Below are positions 27,677 to 40,761 of a DNA stretch of 64,000 bases, one piece after another. The notes under the pieces were generated by a model. That model was not told where the DNA came from. It ran no database searches and saw only the letters and a list, made by a program, of their open reading frames with translations. Within the stretch, counting starts at the first letter, position 1. The number at the start of each line of letters is the position of its first letter. The stretch comes from Gordius albopunctatus (taxonomy: Eukaryota): assembly GCA_964276515.1 (NCBI GenBank), contig OZ193909.1, positions 62,001 through 126,000 of the forward strand, read 5' to 3'. Both the position numbers and the translations under genes were made by a program.

Positions 27677-28775
27677 GCTTGGACTACCTTCGCCTACACT
27701 ACCACGACGGTCGACCTAAATTAAATACCCCCCGGTGCAAAGATAAGGAATCGATTAAGGGGAAAGAAATGCTATAGCTCGCATTTTCCCACGCTCGCTA
27801 TCTCCTTGATTTCACACACTCTCACCATTAATTATCTCATTAGTTCCTTTTTCCCTCTTAGTTTTTAGACGTTAGGATTACATCATACATTATTTGAGTT
27901 TTGTACTTGTAAACAAGTTCACCTTCGTTATTTTTAAGAGAATTTATGATTCCCACGCTATTCCCTATATATTGACAATTTATCGCATCTATTGCATTTT
28001 TGCTTTTTCGCATTTATACTGATTCCTGCTATTTTCCGTTCTATAAAAGTTTTGATTATACATAGGTCAAAATTCAATAATATTATGCTTCCGTAGATTA
28101 ACAGAAATTAGTTAGAATATTTGGGAAATTCTTCTTAAAAAATTGACAATAAAAACGTTTTTGCCAGGCTGATTAAAGACATTATTGAATCTAGTGTCAC
28201 TAGAGAGTGATGGCGTAACTTTTTTAAGTTAATTTGACTTGCATGGTAACACCAAAGCCTGTAACGTTTAGGGCGACTTTTACATTAATTTGTACCAAAA
28301 CAATAACTTAAGCTGTTTTCTCGTTTATTCTAACTAAAATAGCGTTGTTCCAGGGAATAGCTAAAAGGTTCCAGAATGATCCATAAGTAATGAGGATTTC
28401 CTATATAAGCTACTCATCACTCATAAACGCACAACTCAACTCTATCTTACCCTACTCTCCACTCCACTCCAAGCGTATTTTATATCACATCGTGCATTCC
28501 GATCCAGATGTCTTATATCATGTTTTGCGTTGCAATCCTCATTTTTAATTGCAACTGTAACATTTACTTTCTTTCATCCTTAGGTTTCAATAAACTATTT
28601 ATAATTGGAGAAATTAAGGCGTAATTAATGAGGTGAAAGAGTATTGGTCGATAATGGCACAATTTTGCAAATTATTAGGAATAATATTCGGTGGAATACA
28701 CTCCCAATGTCAATGGGTCTTATGGAATAATATGTTTCTTTATGGCTAATAGTCAAGCTCTAAAGAGAACTGGCC

Positions 28776-30358
28776 TAGTGATGCCGAAGAACCGAGAAAA
28801 TCATCGGTCTCGTCTCGTCTCGAAAACCCAGATGAGACGATACGAGATTCTTTAGGCGAGATCTCGACTTTTTGTTTATCTTAGATTTGAGTAAATTATT
28901 GTGTAAATTTGCATGATTTACACTTAAGATATTAAGTGTAAATCAATATGTATGCAATATATTTCATATTAAAAAGATTTCTAAGTGTAGAATATTATAT
29001 ATTTTTGCAAAAAATTTAAAATTTTGCAATCATTTAACTAAGTATGGTTAACTCTTAGTGTATGTGAATAATTTTATAATTTATTTATCACATATTTGTA
29101 TCTATAGCATTATTAAATATTACAAAATTTTAGGGTTAGAATGAGTTCTGATGGAATAATAAATATTACTAAAGCATATTTAAATTTCGCAGTTACTCAT
29201 CCTGCATCATGCGGTAATTATAAATTGGTGATCAATCAATTTGAATAATTATACAAGTTAAGCTAAGGTGGCTCGAGATTTTTGAACACCCGTCTAACGA
29301 TTTTAAACGTACAATAGAGTATTTAATGACACCGTAATAGATTTAAGCATAAATCATGAGTTTTCTAAAAGTTTTTATGCTTCAACTAATAGTATATCCC
29401 CCAAATTTTTGAACATTAATAGGACATTATGTGAATACATAGTTTTATCATATTTATTACTTTTCACATTATAAGCTAGGTTGGCAAGTGCATTCAAATT
29501 TATTATATATAATTTCTATAATTGTGTAATACAAGATAAATACACGAACCAACACTTTATTCGATAAATAACTATTCAATGGCAAAGTTACTTAAAATTG
29601 GAAGTTGATTATAATGACTTTTGTCTAAATTAAAATACGTGCACTTTAAAACCTTATGTTCTTAATCCTATAACAATGATGCCTTTATTGTTGTTTTTAC
29701 AACTTAATACGTGCAACTAGTTATCAATTCTGTAAATAATAATATTGTCATTAAAAGTCACTCGCACTTTGTGGTTTATCCATATTAACCATGCAATAAA
29801 CTTTATGGGCTATAATTGCTGATTGTAATATCAATGGACTTAACTTTGAAGCTTTAGCCTGGGTTAATAAAGGATCTCAATTTACTCAATTATGCAACTA
29901 AGTCAGCTATAAGCGAACTTATAATTTTCTAAGTCTATATAGTTGACAAACACGTTGATTTGATACAAACGTTATAATTTGCTAGAACAATAAAATTTAA
30001 TTTTCTACACTTCAAATTTATTTATAGTTTTTTAGTGTGTACTTTCCATAGAAAATGTTATATTTAAGAATTAATTCATATCTTTATATTGTCAATGAGA
30101 TGTCGTGTCCCGCTAAATCTTTAAAAAGTTTGTGCATTTTATGGTTCTTTCAAAAATTAAAAAGTTTGCCGTTTGGATTTTTTAACACTTATTTGATATT
30201 TTTAATAAAACAGGAAGAATTTATATTCCGTATATAATTTATTTTAAAAAGTCGAGACGAGAATTCTCTTCGAGACGAAACGAGATCGAGATTTTCATAA
30301 TCGCCCCCGAGACGAGACGAAATTTTGTTTTCGAGACCGAGAGAAGATCGAAACACTA
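28776..30358. mobile_element. Non-autonomous hAT-type element, 1.6 kb
   Basis: Termini tagtgatgccga / tcgaaacacta, TSD aactggcc/aactggtc, and TCTCG/CGAGA subterminal repeats at both ends. Confidence 0.8.
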
Positions 30359-30658
30359 AACTGGTCTGATTTCTAGGGGAATATTTGCATTTAAGATCCA
30401 ATTGCATCGGAAGGATAAGGAATCAAGTAAACAACTTGAATTATTATTCTTTAAAATCATTAAATCTTGCAGGAAATTAAGTTTTAGGCCATCTAGAGCA
30501 GCAGCGAAATCAGGGGTAAATGAATTAATAGCTTTAATGATTTCTTGAGAAGTTTCAACGAAGAAGTAATGTATGGCTATTTGAATGCATATTGAGTAAT
30601 AGGATGCAAGATATTAATCTAGTTGAGTTGAATGAGTCTTGGTTGAAACCATAGTATG

Positions 30659-30832
30659 CATGGGCGTAGCCAGAATTTTAATTAAAGGCGGGTGGGGGGC
30701 AATATGATTTAGGGAGGGGGAAAATGATAATTTTTTACATTTTTAGCCATATTTATATTAATTTGTAATAAATTTTTTGGATTTGAGAGGGGGGCAGCCG
30801 CCCCTTCCTGCTCCCCTCTGGCTACGCCCTTG
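30659..30832. mobile_element. 174-bp hAT-type MITE (same family nested at 50289-50455 and ~1524-1678)
   Basis: TIR catgggcgtagccag / ctggctacgcccttg and perfect TSD atagtatg. Confidence 0.9.
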
Positions 30833-30969
30833 ATAGTATGATTATTATAAAATACATTCAGAGCCACTCTCAAATTGTATTTAGCTTTTTGAGATTTGAA
30901 ATTCTTTGTCTTGTATAGATGTGTTTATGGTTAATATGGGTTTATTTGGTATGGGATGACATAATTTAT

Positions 30970-31150
30970 TTTTCTTCTTTATTGTTTTAATAAGTTTCTT
31001 CCATCTTGACCGGGTGAGTGCCATGCCTTAACTAATCTATCTTAATTTCCTATCTTTATTCACCTGCCCGTTCCACGTGACACGGGGCCGTCCTCTTCCT
31101 CTCTTCCCCGATACCTCCATGTCCACTATTTTTTGATTTAAGTCATTCGT
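30970..31150 (-). mobile_element. RTE-like LINE 3' fragment
   Basis: Reverse complement of ~62060-62250 (KRGRGRPRVTW region) with a remnant GAA tail. Confidence 0.8.
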
Positions 31151-32439
31151 GTCTCTTATTAAAGCTATAGAAAACTATTTGAAAAAGCAGGCTTTAATGT
31201 TAATCTTAATCTGCAAAATGACAGCAGGATTGATGCCGCAGGTTGTTTGAATGTCTTTACAGAAGATTCTAGAAACTGAGATTCTTTAGTTGGCACCTCA
31301 TTTTCAACAACAAATGATTCACTTAACTATGATGATGATTGTATTATCTGTTTTGGTGATTATACTGATCCTTATATTATAGAGGAAATAGGTAATTTTA
31401 ATTGATAATTTTTAGAACATTTAAAGTCAAAATGATACTGCCTTTAATGAGTATAATGAAGTTGAATTAGTTGAATAAATACCCACAGATGGGATTTTTT
31501 ACTTTAGACAAATGTGCCCATCATATATTAAAAGATCAAAAAAATGTAGAGTTTGAATTCTTTCAAACTCTTGAAATGTGAGAGTCATCAGAGGCATAAC
31601 ACAATTTTTTACCAAAAAATTGACTTAATTGTTTTCTCGCGACATACTACATTAAATTCACTTGGAAATGTTAATTGACTTAATTCTATTATCTCATATA
31701 TCTCGCGGCGTACTATATTAAATTGATCACTAAACGTTAATTGACGGAATCGTATTATTTCGATTAGCTCGCGATTGTATAAGGAAGTGTTTTACGCTTC
31801 CACACTTCCTTATCACTTACTTACTTACTTACTTTATTTAATATCTAGTTTCTGGTATAGTATGTACAAAAATGTTAATTTTATTTGCAGACGTGCATGC
31901 CAATTTTTTATTAAACTTCCTAAAAGGATCAGAAGGCTTGTTACAATAATAAATTTTTAGTAATTTTAGTTGTAAACAATATTATTTTAATTTAAAATTC
32001 ATAATGTAAGTATGCAATGGATACAAGCGTCAGCTGATTCTGATTAACACCATAAAGTGCATTAAATTAATTTGCTCAAAATTTCAAATTTCTTCTAATA
32101 ACTTATACCTATATATGTATTATATATTACCAAAAAAGTAATTTTTGGAACCTCTACCTTGATAAAAATAGCATGAGTTTAAAAGATTTCACAAATAAAA
32201 TGAATAATTAAATAAATCGTATAAGTGCTAAAAATCGCTTAAATTACAATTTTTTAAATATTAAGGCCCAGCGATTCTCACTCAAGCGATTTCAACCATA
32301 TATATTTTTGGGCTTACAAATTTTATTATAATTCAATTATGTATATTTCTTTAAAATATAAATAAATTAAGTGATATCAAACTAAGTAAAAATTTATTTA
32401 AAAAACAGTATACAAATCAATTAGAAGATCAGTATTTAT

Positions 32440-32606
32440 AAGTGTTAAATTGCTAACTTTCTTCAAACTCCGGACGCGAGCACGCACACTAAGTTGCTTA
32501 ACATGCGCGTTAGCACAATACGTGCTTGCTGTATAACAGGAGCATATAAAAATGCTCGAGGGCCTAGCAGAAACTCAAGAAGAAAGTTAGCAATTCAACA
32601 ACTCTA
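32440..32606. mobile_element. Short MITE (related decayed copy ~12150-12400)
   Basis: Inverted ends tgttaaattgctaactttctt / aagaaagttagcaattcaaca; shares aactccgga..gagca and aaaatgctcgag with 12150-12300. Confidence 0.6.
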
Positions 32607-33048
32607 TTTATAGCAATCTCTTAGCAAAATTATAATTTAAATTTATACCTAAATTTTAAACAGATGGACAAAACATTTGGTCACTTTTATTTTATTGTAA
32701 TTAAATTTATCATTTACACAATCTAATAAAATAATATAAACCCATAATGCTTAAGAACATGACAAATAGCTTGAATCATAAATAATCATGACATTAAAAT
32801 GTATAAACACGTTTAAATGGCAATAGTATTTTTGTTATTTACAAAATGAGACTAGATAATCTGTAAACGATATTTAATTAGACAATTTTATATAAAGATG
32901 TGTAATATCAATAAAAGAAAACGGTAAAATTAAATATAAATTATTTAACAAATAGGTTGAGGTTTTAAAAGTTCCCGCCATGAAAAAATTAATTTATCGT
33001 AAAATATGAAGAATCACAAAATGAAATGTATCTTAATCACATTCAATT

Positions 33049-36000
33049 TTAATCGGAATCGCTTTCTATTTCTAAAATAGATCTGTCTTTACTTCTTTCA
33101 GCACCATATTTGATTAAAATATCTTTTAGAAGAGGAAAAGACTTTAAATCATCTTTAATTATGTCTAAAGGTTTTAACCCATCATAAGTAACAATGTTCG
33201 TATCTGCATTCATCTGGATTAAAGTTTCAAAATAATAATTTTAAATCTCTACTCTACTATCATTAGTGATTTTATTGATACCTTTTCAACTAGATAAATA
33301 ACATTTTGGGTAAGGTCATTTTGTATAGCTATGTGAATCGGAGCTCGACCTGACTTACCTTCTTTCACGTTTACATCAATGTCGGGCAAGTTTAACATTT
33401 TCAGATATTTATTACTCGGTCTCGATGCGGCTATATGAATAGGCGTTAATCCTGTAGTTTTGTTGTAATAAACAAGCAATTTTCAAAAATTTGCAGTAGA
33501 AAAAAGCATTAATATTTAAGATTGTCAGTATATTTAAAAAATTAAATTGTTTTTATAAATAAAATTCAATAAAATTGCGGTGCCGACCTGAGTAATTCAT
33601 TTCGTTCAATATCACTTTGGTGCGCTTATAGGTTCTAGTCGTTAAATATTTTAAGACTTCATCCAAAGAGTATATGAGGCATAAGTGGAGAGGATTATTT
33701 CCTCTAGCATCAATTAAGGAAACATCTGTGCCAAGGGAAAGTAGAAGTCTTGTACATTTGTGCAGACGATTTTCCAAAGCTATATGAAGGGGTACCTATA
33801 AAAATAATAAAAACATTTAATTTGAAAATTCTTATAATGATAATACATTTTGTTCGTTATTGTAACATTCAAGAAGGCCTTGACATAATTTCTTATTTTG
33901 CATGATCGATTGGAGGAACAATATGGCAACCTGTTCATTTTTATTGATCAAAGCATGGTGAAGTGGCCTAAATTGTTTTAATGTTGGTTAGTATTGTTTA
34001 TAATGTAAGATAACGAAAAAGAATGTGAAATAATAAGGGCAATTGTTAAAGCTCATGCGGATATAGATTTCTGAGTTAAATAAGTTAATAGGCCTTATTT
34101 GTATTTTAACATCTAAATATCATACGTGTTTCCCTCTTCGTCGGGTAAGCATATAAAATCACTAAATATAGTAAGCAACGGTAACGGGTCGTTTAGAGCT
34201 GCATATTCATTCAATGCCAATTGAATTTGAGAACCCTTTACTAGGGTTTTATGACTGTCACTCGAAACGGAATCTTCTATTAAATAAAAATAGGATGTCA
34301 AAAACATGAAAAAGGAGGTGTAGCAATCTTAAAATTTTATGAATAGGTACTTGAAGGACGATTCTGTATGTTGGGTGTAACGCCATACGAAACAGTTGAG
34401 GGTTCAGAGCCTTAATGTAAATATTTTAATGTAATATTTGAAGATATAGTTCATAAGTGTTTATCACCATTACCACTTATTTTTAAGGTCTTCAACTCTT
34501 CTCCTATAATTTCCAAAGTAGAGCTGGCTTTTTCATCATTCACGCTTGGCATGGGATATACTTTTCCAACTGTTTTAACCTGTTTCGTCTCAGTCGGTTC
34601 TACTGACAATATATATAAAAGTATAGCTTCGCCAGAAATGTGATTTAGTTGAATACTATATATGTAGTGTTAAATATAACCTTTCGCGTGACCCCTGGCT
34701 ATTAGCATCGGGACTAAATCTTGGGAGCGTTGCTTAGATTCTTCCATAGCCTGTTCATATTGATTTAAGTTATAAGGGTGTGTATTATGACGTATATCAT
34801 TTTCCACATTGCCCGCTGGTTGCTGTTGATAGAATTGTCTATCACGATCTATGCAAGGAAATCCATTAATTAATTAATATAAGTTTATTTTAAAAAATTG
34901 GCTTATTATTTTACCTATGTGAGACATTTGGAGCATTTTAGAAGATCCAGTAGAGCTGCCTTCACACTCAATAGGTTCGTAATGATCATAATGTCGGGAC
35001 CAATATTTATTTTGACCATCACTCACAAAATATGATATGTTGTTGGGTGACATGCTTACATTAAAACGTTGCACACCTGCATTATTATCATATGATATCG
35101 GGGAATCGTCATAATCCTCTTTAGTAGGTTCACCACTATGGTTGAGCTCGTCGTATCCACGGAGTAAATGAGCACGATTGTTGTTATCATCGTCCTGCTG
35201 ACTATACTTCTTTCGCGCGCTGACTAGGCCAGGCACCGATGGATTGTAGTATTTGATAAAGGATGGAGGGGTAGAGTGACGACTGCTACCGTCACTTATA
35301 TAACTATTGCACCTAATACTACTATCGTTATCACCACCACTACTCACTCCACCGCTATTATATAGTTCACCTTGTGACATCCTAAAATTATTTGAAGTCC
35401 TGGGGGACGATTCATTAAATGCTCTTTCGTTACTTTTTTCACGACTATTCGTTTTGTTATGTTTTACCTCATCGTGTTCAACACGATTCATTGCAAGAGA
35501 TGATTGAGTATCAACATCCGAATAGTATTTAGTGTGGACGCTTTCTCCAACATGTAATTCATCGTTGTCGCTTATATTGCGAGCAGATCTACCCCGTGAA
35601 TTATAACTTATGGGATGTTCTTGTATTACATCATTCTCTTCAGAGTGCTCGTGAAGGTGAGAGGACGAGGGAGGGGGCTGCTGTAATCCGTGATTAGAAG
35701 GAAGAAGAGGTCCAGTTATAAATGATGGATGATAAAAATGTTGCTGTTGATAATGATGGTAATTGATGTTAATATTATTTGGATTGTTTTTTTCTCTGGA
35801 TGAACCATATTGAAGTGATTGTTTTTGGTGATCTTGTTGAGTTATCTCATTTTCTATAGTGACTGGATAGTATTTAGATACTCTGTTTTGGTGAACTAAA
35901 TCGCCTACAACAAACGATTTATCGTAAGCCATTGATCCAGGATACATTTTTTCGTGCCGATAGTGTGGCATAGATCGTTCTCCATGTCCATGGCTCACTT

Positions 36001-39000
36001 CATGATGATCACACCTCTCTTTGTCACGTTGAGAGTTATTAGCACCACTTTGTGGGTTAGTAGTATGAATGTTGCTATCGCTACAACTTTTGTTTATCAT
36101 ACTCATGGCGTCGTTCAAGATTTCAACATCGGCCAAATTAAGTATGCCCTTTTGCCGTTTACGACCGACTTCCTCATCTGGTTTTAGTGCAAATAAATGA
36201 CATGTTATTTAAACTGAGTTTAATATATAGCCTAGAGAAAATTTTATCTTATACTAGTACATATTACACCGAATTCATAATTAATTTTAACGATAAGCAT
36301 CCTAAATGATGTATAAAAGTAATAATTTATAAGCTCACAACATGGTAATGGTTTAAAGGTGAAGGGTTTGGGTTCGCTGGTTAATCCATCTTTTTTCTTT
36401 TGCAATTGTATAAACACTTTTGCCGGCTTAGTTATGTTCTGAACTCTGAAGGCTGGCGTACGAAATACTATGGCATACTATCCATTAGTGACAAATAAAG
36501 TTTAGTTTGTGTAGTACTTGTTTGTGCACGTCGTGAATGCTAAATTTGCCATAATCGTGCCACACCTCCTTCCCACTTTCATCTAATTCAAAAAATCTCA
36601 CCGAAACATCATCTGTAAATGCGCAACAATTTATAAAATAGCTAGCGTCGTGACGTGAGGGAGACCATTAGAATTAAATACATTCCAATAGCAAATTTAT
36701 CGTTGCAACATTGTCGTCCTACCTTTTTGTACTCGTTCGCAGAGTAAAAATATTTCCTCGTTCCCCACACAAAAGCCGGATTGTTTATCCATCCTACAAA
36801 TCTTCAATGCGGCCGTATTCGGTGATTCTGTCGTGTAATATTGGAAAGAAAGAGATGAAGCAGTAAAGATACTACTACATTATCAAATTACTGCTATCGA
36901 AAACGGGGTTGGACAGCACGGGTGGAATGGGAATTTCGTTACCGCCTGCATCAATGATATAACCTTGGAAGCAAAGTCGGACCGCGTTGAGCTCCATACT
37001 TTTGGCGCTCTCTTCGGCATTTTGCTTTAGCATTCGTTTCTCCACTTCTACAATGACAAAAATGTAATAGACAGCATATTAAGTCTCTCTACATACACGC
37101 GTTATGTATTCCTTCATGATACCCGTCAATTCGTAATTTTCGGAATCGGAGTCATTATTCATCATCCGTTGAATGCGGTATTCTTCTTCCAGTCTCTCCT
37201 GCATTATTTGCGCCACCTCTTTTTTGGGCACGTGCAAGACTCCCAAATTTTGAAAACTTTATTCCCGCACATACAAATTGTAGACACATCATCATGCATT
37301 AGCCATCATATAAATAGGCTGCTAATTTTTATTGCAGACAATGTTTGAATTTAACAAAACCTGATAAGCATGTCGTTGTCGGGATTTATTCGAACGTGAC
37401 ACACGCCGTCTTCGCAGTTTTTCCCCACCAATTTGTGCACGTGTAACCTTGGTTCGGACTCGTTGGTCATCAGGGTAACTTCGATACGCGCTGGGCCTAT
37501 GTAATTTTCAATCTGCATGCAAAACAGTAGCTTCAACATTTATTCTATTTATATCAATAAATTCAAAAACTCTCAGTTAAAATTGGCTTTCGTAAGGAAA
37601 GAATAAAAATTGAAAATAAAAGCAATGGTAAAATGTAGTTCCCTTGATTTATCAGAGCCCATCAAAACTAAATTTTGCCCCACACCTGAACCCCATTTTT
37701 TAGTAGGGTCTGACCCGAGTTGTAGCATTCAAACTGATCTTTTCGCAAATTTATTTATAAATATATAATGAATTGTGGTGGTTATTAAGTGATTCGAAAC
37801 TTGAATAATTATAAATAAATAATATGTAAAATTTAAATCATATAACCTTTTCTGGTCCTCATTAACGTCCTGATATAGTTTTTTTTAACAATAAAGTTGC
37901 TTGGGGGGGGGGGGGGCAGCGTGGGTAATATACAATTTTTTTAATTTTGCAACATAGGATACAAATGACCCATTCGACATTTTGGTTCCTAAATGCATCA
38001 TCGATATTTAGGTCCTCTCACCCATTTGATCTCCATGTCAATTTCTCCCACTAATATATTCTCTATTATTTCAAATAAAATCCATCATCATAGTCATTAA
38101 ATAAAAGTTTAACATCCTATGCCTTCCTTTTTAATCTTTTTAATACTCTAAATACTCTTTTTATTCATGCGCGTAAGTGCCCATTATTAAAAAATTGCCA
38201 AAAAACATCGCTAATTTATATATAATATAATTTAAAATTCATAATTTGATGCATAAGGAATGAAAAACCGTGCGATTTATTTTTTGACCTCCAAAGTTTT
38301 TAGGGAAAAAACAAAATTCTTGTTAGAATTTTTTTTTCGTTTTTTGACTAATATTGATAATTACCCTATGGCCTCTTCTAGAAGGGCCTATGCCTCTACT
38401 AATATGGGTCCCTGTGCCCCCCCCTTACAAAGGCTTATGCCTCTCTAGATCTGGGGTGGTTCGAATCCCGGAGAGGCCAAAGCGAAAATTTTTTTCCTTG
38501 TTTTTTTGGCTCTTATGATTGTTCCTGTTAATACCATTGATAATATGACTTTTTAACCATCCGCTGGCTGCTGACCAATGAAAAAAAGTGACCATTGGCC
38601 AAAGTGTGAAGCGAAATTTTTTTTCGTTTTTTTTGGATATCATTGACCTATAGAATATCTGTTTATAGTGACAAATAGGAAAAAATGACCATTGGCCAAA
38701 GTGTAAATCGAAATTTTTTTCCTTGTTTTTTTTTGGCTCTTATGATTGTTCCTGTTAATACCATTGATAATATGACTTTTTGGCCGTCCGCTGGCTGCTG
38801 ACCAATGAAAAAAAGTGACCATTGGCTAAAGTGTGAAGCGAAATTTTTTTTTGTTTTTTTTGGCTATCATTGACTTATAGAGTATCTATTGGTAGTGAAC
38901 AATGGAAAAAAATGACCATTGGCCAAAGTGTGAAGCGAAAATTTTTTTCCATTTTTTTTGACTAACATTGATTTATAGACCATCTGTTGGTACTGACTAA

Positions 39001-40761
39001 TTTATTGGCCGTCCGATAGCTGCTGACCAATAAAAAAAAAGACCACTGGCCAAAGTGTGAATCTAAAATTATTTTTTCGCTTTTTTTTTGACTCGCATGT
39101 ATTTATAGACCGTCTCTTGGTACTGACCAATAAAAAATGACCATTGGCCAAATTATTTTTAAGTAAAGGCTAAAATTTCAAAATTCTCCTCCTAAAATCA
39201 TTATAAAATACTGAACCAAATTCTTGAATATTTGGTGATAAAAAAACGCCTTATGCTGAAGTGTTTTAAATCAGTGGTTCTTAAATTTTTTATACACGCG
39301 CCCCCCCCCATATTTTAAAATTTTTATATTTTTTTTCGTTTTTGAATTGGTTAACATTGATGATTACCCTATGCCTCTACTGATATGGGTCCCTGTGCCC
39401 CTACAAAAGCCTATGCCTCTACTGATGTGGGTTCGAATCCCGGCGAGGGCAAATTTTTTTAATTAAATTAATATATTGTTCTTGTTAATACCCTTGATAA
39501 TAAGACTTTTTAACCCTGTCTTGGCTACTGACCAATGGGAAAAATGACCATTGGCCAAATTGTGATTCGAAATTTTAATTTTTTTTCGCTTCGGAATTAG
39601 TTAACATTGATATTTACCCGATGCCCGTCAGTCCAATTATTTTGCATTTAATAGCCCCCTATAGGCAATCTCGCCCCTTCCCACCTTTCTCGCCCATAAA
39701 TTGCATAGCAAATATGCTACTTTTATACAGAGTATAGAAGAGTTCCCCCTTCCCCCCTTCCCTTTCCCACGAGGGCCGAAGGCCCGAGTTTATTATATTA
39801 TTGATACGGATAAAAATTTGGTAAAATCATTTAGCTACATTTTTCTCCAGACTGGGCTCCGACCTGAGGCCCAATTAATTCAAAATTTGTGCCCAGCCCG
39901 GTTCTCAGATCCTGCAAGGCTTTGTTTATTCATAATTTTCATTTTGCAACTGCAAACAAAGCTGCATTACTAAAAATTATGATAGCCAATATAATAAACT
40001 AAATTCCCCGCCTATTTTAACCTTATTCAAATATTGCACATAGGATTTTGTGCTGTGAACAAATTAGGAAGAAGGGAAATTAAAACTATTCACAGATGAA
40101 ACATAAATCACAAAAGCAATTTTACGTTTTGTTGCTAATAACATCATTATGCCTCCTAAAAAGGGGGAAACATCCTTCATGTTCCAATCTAAATATCGTC
40201 AATAGTAAAAGTATTTAAGGCATTGTCAGATTTGGGGGGGGGGGCATTAAATCATTTCAAATATATGATTGTCTGTATAAAATATAATACCTATTTATAT
40301 CAAGCTGTTAGGCATCTGGGTGCAACGTATTCGCTGGCTAGCTTAAGACTCATCATTCCTACAAAACCTCCCCTGGCCTAAGATAGTGCGTCCCCCACAC
40401 ACTTAGCTGGCCTCTCTATCTATCTACCTTTATTCCAATAGCCCATTTTTATTTGCGCCGCTAAGGGGCTCGCCGTAATATTTAGACTAAAGGTCAAGAA
40501 GGCAAGGTTTAAATAAAGTGCATACTACATTACAAAATTGTGTTTAGGGTTATGTTGCCTAAATATTTAACCGAGGCGCTCGAGATTCAAGTTGAAATTT
40601 ACTTTTATGGTTGGATATTTTTTTGAATTTCGTTGACTCGATTCGGCCGGAAGTCCTCCATGTGCTCCCGCTTCGCTTTTATAACGAAACCGAAAGCCGC
40701 GTTCCAAAGGCTGTTCCAGGATTCGGATAAATGGTTGAGGGTAACCACCGCCATGCCTCAT
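33049..40761 (-). CDS. NFKB1: NF-kB p105/p100/Relish-type transcription factor (RHD-IPT-NLS-long linker-ankyrin repeats), about 16 coding exons
   Basis: [23 protein letters not shown] (40762-40603), [69 protein letters not shown] and [15 protein letters not shown] repeats: [48 protein letters not shown]. The RHD and linker junctions were checked as GT-AG and in phase; stop TAA at 33049-33051. Confidence 0.95.
38300..39790 (+). mobile_element. Helentron/DINE-1-like non-autonomous element (5'-truncated) in an NF-kB intron
   Basis: Tandem units gctgaccaatgaaaaaaagtgaccattggccaaa, 3' subTIR gcccataaattgcatagcaa (~39692-39711), then terminal stem-loop gggccgaaggccc and a T-run. Confidence 0.7.

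Larger units (their letters stand above)
20926..28048 (+). mobile_element. Full-length but defective Ty3/Gypsy (Mag-like) LTR retrotransposon; LTRs 20926-21204 and 27770-28048
   Basis: Two 279-bp direct repeats, 5-bp TSD gtttt, PBS tggcacggtcga and PPT aaggggaaagaaa. Domain order is gag(CCHC)-PR(DTGS)-RT(LRICGDF; YPDD at 24442)-RH(TDAS, YSQIEKEALA, TDHKPL)-IN(HLDF, SDNGPQF, YHPRSN..AER). Multiple stops and frameshifts. Confidence 0.95.

Noticed and set aside
28260..28610. Possible solo LTR (TG start, AATAAA)
   Set aside because: No matching CA end, TSD or second copy.
31150..31620. Coding-like stretch (RKLFEKAGF...DDDCIICFGD)
   Set aside because: Several stops and no family I can name. It may be a pseudogene or TE relic, but I cannot support a call.
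39420..39455. Possible tRNA gene (GGTTCGAATCCC)
   Set aside because: Only the T-arm is present. No D-arm, A-box or acceptor stem was found, and it is embedded in a repeat.
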